A stretch of 64,000 bases of DNA, taken from NCBI GenBank assembly GCA_965213625.1, contig CBDBZU010000004.1, positions 3,968,001 to 4,032,000 on the forward strand, read 5' to 3'. This DNA comes from a bacterium (GTDB lineage: Bacteria; UBA8248). The position numbers and the translations under genes were made by a program. Each line of letters starts with the position of its first letter. The stretch's first letter is position 1. Below are positions 60,634 to 64,000 of this stretch, in pieces. The notes under the pieces are model-generated. The model saw only the letters and a list, made by a program, of their open reading frames with translations, was not told the origin of the DNA and did no database searches.

Positions 60634-61437
60634 CTAATCGCGCACATCTTCCTCGATGAAGGCGTAGGCGTTGTGGTCGTGGATGGACTCGAAGTTCTCG
60701 ACCTCCACCTGGAACCAACGGATGCGCTTGTCGTTTCTGAGCAAAAGGGCCGCCTCGCGCACCACGTCCTCCACGAAGCGGGGGTTGTCGAAAGCCGTCT
60801 CGGTGACGAATTTTTCATCTTCGCGCTTTAAGATCGGATAGAGCGCGCAACTGCCCGCGCTCTCTGCAACCTCGACGAGTTCCTCTATCCAGAACTCGCC
60901 GTCGAAGCGCACCTTGATGCGCACGTGCCCCCGCTGGTTGTGCGCGCCGCGCAGGCTGATTTCCTTGGAACACGGACACAATGTGGCGATGCGCACCATG
61001 ATGCTCAGGACGAAGTCGTCCTCCGCACCCGCGGAAGCCTCGAAGCCGCATTCGAGCGCCATCAGGCCCTCCGCGCCCGTCACCGGGGCGGCCTTTTGCA
61101 TGAAGTAGGGAAAAGTGACAGAAAAATGCGCCGTCTGGGCGTCCAGGCGCTCGCGAATCGTCTGCAGGAGCGAGGGCACGCTGTCCACGCCGATGGCGTC
61201 GGTGTGCTCGTTCAGCACTTCCAGGAAGCGGCTCATGTGGGTGCCCTTGAAGTGGTGCGGCAAATCCACATACATGTTGACGTTGCCGATGGTGTGCTGG
61301 GCGTCCTTCGCCCGGTCCTTCACCACGATGGGGTAGCGGATGTTCTTGACACCCACCTTGTCTATCTTGACGTTGCGTTCATCGGAACTCGCCTGCACGT
61401 CGGCGAGGTCGGCCGGCTCCGTCGGGAGGCCTGACAT
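60634..61437 (-). CDS. folE2: GTP cyclohydrolase IB (FolE2)
   Basis: KGTHMSRF, TLCPCSKEIS, AHNQR, FVEDVVR and ESIHDHNA. Confidence 0.96.
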   Translation of the reverse strand: MSGLPTEPADLADVQASSDERNVKIDKVGVKNIRYPIVVKDRAKDAQHTIGNVNMYVDLPHHFKGTHMSRFLEVLNEHTDAIGVDSVPSLLQTIRERLDAQTAHFSVTFPYFMQKAAPVTGAEGLMALECGFEASAGAEDDFVLSIMVRIATLCPCSKEISLRGAHNQRGHVRIKVRFDGEFWIEELVEVAESAGSCALYPILKREDEKFVTETAFDNPRFVEDVVREAALLLRNDKRIRWFQVEVENFESIHDHNAYAFIEEDVRD

Positions 61438-61551
61438 CGAATCTCATCCTTTCCGCTCTGTTTCCAGAACATTGGTTCAGCGACTGTTCAACTTCTCAGT
61501 TTTACCGGCGCCGCCCCTAGCGCCGAACCATAAAGCTGCGGGGTCTCGCGG

Positions 61552-61887
61552 CTATTTCTCGGGCCGCTCTTTTCTGATGCGCTCGATTTTGGCCATTTTC
61601 TCGGAAACGGCCGCGCCCAAATCGATCCCCCGCGCGTTGGCGTAGTTCATCACGGCGATCATGACATCCGCCGCCTCGTCCGTATAGGCCGCAGGCTCCA
61701 CCTCGCGGCCCTTCCATTCCTTTTTCTCCAGGTTCGCGAGTTCACCCGTCTCGCCCGCAAGTTCGAGGGCAAAAAACCTGGGCTTACGAACCGGAAACGC
61801 CTCTTCCTGATAGCGCGCGAATTCGGCTTGCAGGGCGCGAAGCCCCTCGTAGGAACGCGGCAGCCTGGGTGCGTCCTCGCCATTCAC
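61552..61887 (-). CDS. MazG-like all-alpha NTP pyrophosphohydrolase
   Basis: LELAGETGELAN...DEAADV...GIDL...KM (ExxE...ExxD). Probable GTG start at 61887. Confidence 0.8.
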   Translation of the reverse strand: MNGEDAPRLPRSYEGLRALQAEFARYQEEAFPVRKPRFFALELAGETGELANLEKKEWKGREVEPAAYTDEAADVMIAVMNYANARGIDLGAAVSEKMAKIERIRKERPEK

Positions 61888-62122
61888 CGGAATCGTCCCC
61901 CCAACGCAAGCCCAGGAGCCGGAAAACTCTCTCCGGCGCACCCGGTCGAGCACGCAGAGTCCAAGTTTCTCACTCAGAATCAAGGGCGTCAATCGACGAG
62001 CGCGAATCTCGATTGACGCAGGATTCGCCAGATTCTACTCTCTCCCCAAAAGGCAACCATCATTTCTACAGCCAAGCGGGCGCGAAGACGCCCCGAAAGC
62101 ACTCAAACGGAGGGAAGTCCCC

Positions 62123-63118
62123 TTGCCCAACATCGATCTACATCACCATATCTACATCCCCGAGGCGGAAGCGCTCGCCGCCAAAGAGCGCGAAAGACGC
62201 CCCCAGCACGCCGACAGCTTCGAAGGGTTTTTCCCGCCCGTCTCCTCGCGCTACAACGCGAAGATGACGGAGGAGAGCTGGGCCGTGCAACTCGCCGACG
62301 CCGAGCGCAAGCTGAGCGACATGAAGGCGGACAGGCTCGACATGGCGCTGGCCTCACCGCCGCCGCCCACGTTTTATTACTGGATCGGCGGGCGAGCGGG
62401 CGAGGAGATCATCCAGATCCAAAACGACGGCGTGGTCGATTTCTGCAACCAGAACGCCGCGTACTTCCGGGGCCTTTGCAACCTGCCCATGCAGAATGGG
62501 GGCGAAGCCGCCGCGGCCGAACTCGAGCGCGCGATGGGCAAGGGCCTGCTCGGCTGCATCATCTCCGACCGCATCGGCGCCCATGCGCTGGACGAGCCCC
62601 AGTACGAGGAATTCTGGGCGGCGGCGGAGCGGCTCGGCGCCCTGGTGTTCATCCATCCCGATTTCGCGGACTACAAGCCGCTGTTCCCCTTCTACATGGC
62701 GAACTGCATCGGCAACCCGTTGTCCACCACTATCGCCATCACCAGGCTCATTCTCTCGGGCCACTTCGAGCGCTACCCGAACTTGCAACTCCTGCTCGCC
62801 CACGCGGGCGGAAACCTCCCCTGGTCGGTCGGGCGCATCCAGCACTGCTGGGAGGTGCGTCCGGAAACCAAGGTGCACACGCCGCATCCGCCCCGGCACT
62901 ATTTCAAGAACCTCTATTTCGACGTCATCACCTTCAACCCCTCGGCGCTGAAGTGGATGGTCGACGAGGTGGGGGCCGACCGCGTCGTGTGCGGCACGGA
63001 CTACCCCTACGACATGATGCAGCAGCGCGTCGTGGATTATGTGGAGGGAGCGGGCCTGACCGAAGAGGCGCAGGAGAAAATCCTGCGCGAGACGCCCGCC
63101 AAGCTCATGAAGCTCTAA
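62123..63118 (+). CDS. Amidohydrolase_2 family (ACMSD-like decarboxylase/hydrolase)
   Basis: IDLHHH, VFIHP, LAHAGG and GTDYP. Confidence 0.9.
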   Translation: MPNIDLHHHIYIPEAEALAAKERERRPQHADSFEGFFPPVSSRYNAKMTEESWAVQLADAERKLSDMKADRLDMALASPPPPTFYYWIGGRAGEEIIQIQNDGVVDFCNQNAAYFRGLCNLPMQNGGEAAAAELERAMGKGLLGCIISDRIGAHALDEPQYEEFWAAAERLGALVFIHPDFADYKPLFPFYMANCIGNPLSTTIAITRLILSGHFERYPNLQLLLAHAGGNLPWSVGRIQHCWEVRPETKVHTPHPPRHYFKNLYFDVITFNPSALKWMVDEVGADRVVCGTDYPYDMMQQRVVDYVEGAGLTEEAQEKILRETPAKLMKL

Positions 63119-63204
63119 GACGCGCGCAGTGAGGAGGAGGTATTTAGGAACGGCTATCCGAGAAAGATGATTCGCCGAAACCATTTTCGAGCGGAGGAAT
63201 CGAC

Positions 63205-64000
63205 ATGTACATCGCCACGAGTGACCTCATACTTCCCACCACCATCACGGGCTCCCTGCCCCGGCCGGCCTGGTTCCGCCAGAACATCGGGCGCAGGACG
63301 TTCCGACAGGCGATGATCGACGCGGACTTCCGCGAGCAGTACCTCGACAACGTTTCCTGCGTGATCCGGGATCAGGAGCGCGCAGGGCTGGACATCGTGA
63401 CCGACGGGGATGCGCGCTTCGACACCAACGTGGGCGGGCGCGACTGGGTGGGCTACATCGTCGACAGGCTCAGTGGCTTCTCAGGCTATGAAACATCGAG
63501 GAGCCACACCACCTGGGGCGGGTCCGTGCCCGGCGAGATCATGTACGAGGTACTCGAGGCCAGGATGCTGCCCAAGGTCACCTCGAAAGTGGGCGAAGGC
63601 CCCCTCGAATACGCCCAGATGTGGCGATGCGCGCAGGCGATGACGGACAAGGCGCTCAAGTTCGGCTCCATTAGTGCGGATTGCGTGGAATCCATCGTCT
63701 CGAACGAGTTCTATGACGACAGGCGCGAGCTTTGCCTGGATTTGTGCGAAATCATGCACGCGGAATTCCACCGCCTGGCGGACGCGGGCTGCCAGGTATT
63801 CCAGGTGGAGGAACCTTGGGTGCACCGCTTCGATTTACACGCCGAGGATTCGGAGATGTCGATGGAGTTCTACGTCGATGCGTTCAACAGGAGCGTGGCG
63901 GGTCTCAGGGACAAGCTCGAGCTCTGGTGCCACACCTGCTGGGGGAACCCCGCCCAGCAGCGGTTCTATGAGGCGTCCAAGAGCTATGCACCCGCGCTGG
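63205..64000 (+). CDS. Cobalamin-independent methionine synthase II (MetE C-terminal-like) family protein, partial
   Basis: GGAGG then MYIATSDLILPTTITGSLPRPAW...DQERAGLDIVTDG...FQVEEP...HTCWGNP (Zn HxC); runs off the window. Confidence 0.88.
   Translation, partial: MYIATSDLILPTTITGSLPRPAWFRQNIGRRTFRQAMIDADFREQYLDNVSCVIRDQERAGLDIVTDGDARFDTNVGGRDWVGYIVDRLSGFSGYETSRSHTTWGGSVPGEIMYEVLEARMLPKVTSKVGEGPLEYAQMWRCAQAMTDKALKFGSISADCVESIVSNEFYDDRRELCLDLCEIMHAEFHRLADAGCQVFQVEEPWVHRFDLHAEDSEMSMEFYVDAFNRSVAGLRDKLELWCHTCWGNPAQQRFYEASKSYAPAL

Overview
GC-rich chromosomal window from a diderm bacterium. The Mla genes, rny-ymdB, zapB-zapA-6S-ygfA synteny, TTT transporter and a sigma54 promoter suggest a Deltaproteobacteria/Nitrospinota/Tectomicrobia-like lineage; this is inference only. 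About 1-24 kb is accessory metabolism: an SSF symporter, an ARPP-1/DUF6569-like gene with an in-frame TAG, an orphan xanthine-dehydrogenase Mo subunit with a Gfo oxidoreductase, DinB-ArsR-SRPBCC, TctCBA plus an MBL hydrolase, a UGSC selenoprotein pair, and an EamA/cupredoxin cluster. The intergenic DNA of the first ~18 kb is a mosaic of nested REP/MITE-like repeats. About 24-61 kb is mostly housekeeping: an EF-G paralog, csp, ltaE, mlaEDC, alaS, mcm, ymdB-rny-ygfA-6S-zapAB, pheTS-rplT-rpmI-infC-thrS, tRNA-Val, clpX-clpP-tig, tRNA-Leu, metH and folE2. The strongest signals missed by the ORF track are: (1) a sigma54-driven, four-hairpin ~150-nt non-coding RNA with paired enhancer palindromes (7603-7889); (2) a UGA-recoded UGSC selenoprotein with an adjacent SECIS-like hairpin, in an operon with a partner protein; (3) a 49-aa membrane microprotein between rpmI and rplT; (4) a His-rich cupredoxin plus N-terminal-His membrane protein cassette between duplicated EamA genes; (5) several proteins with degenerate catalytic sites. 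No CRISPR array, rRNA, prophage or intact transposase was seen. All family assignments come from motif recognition, not database searches.
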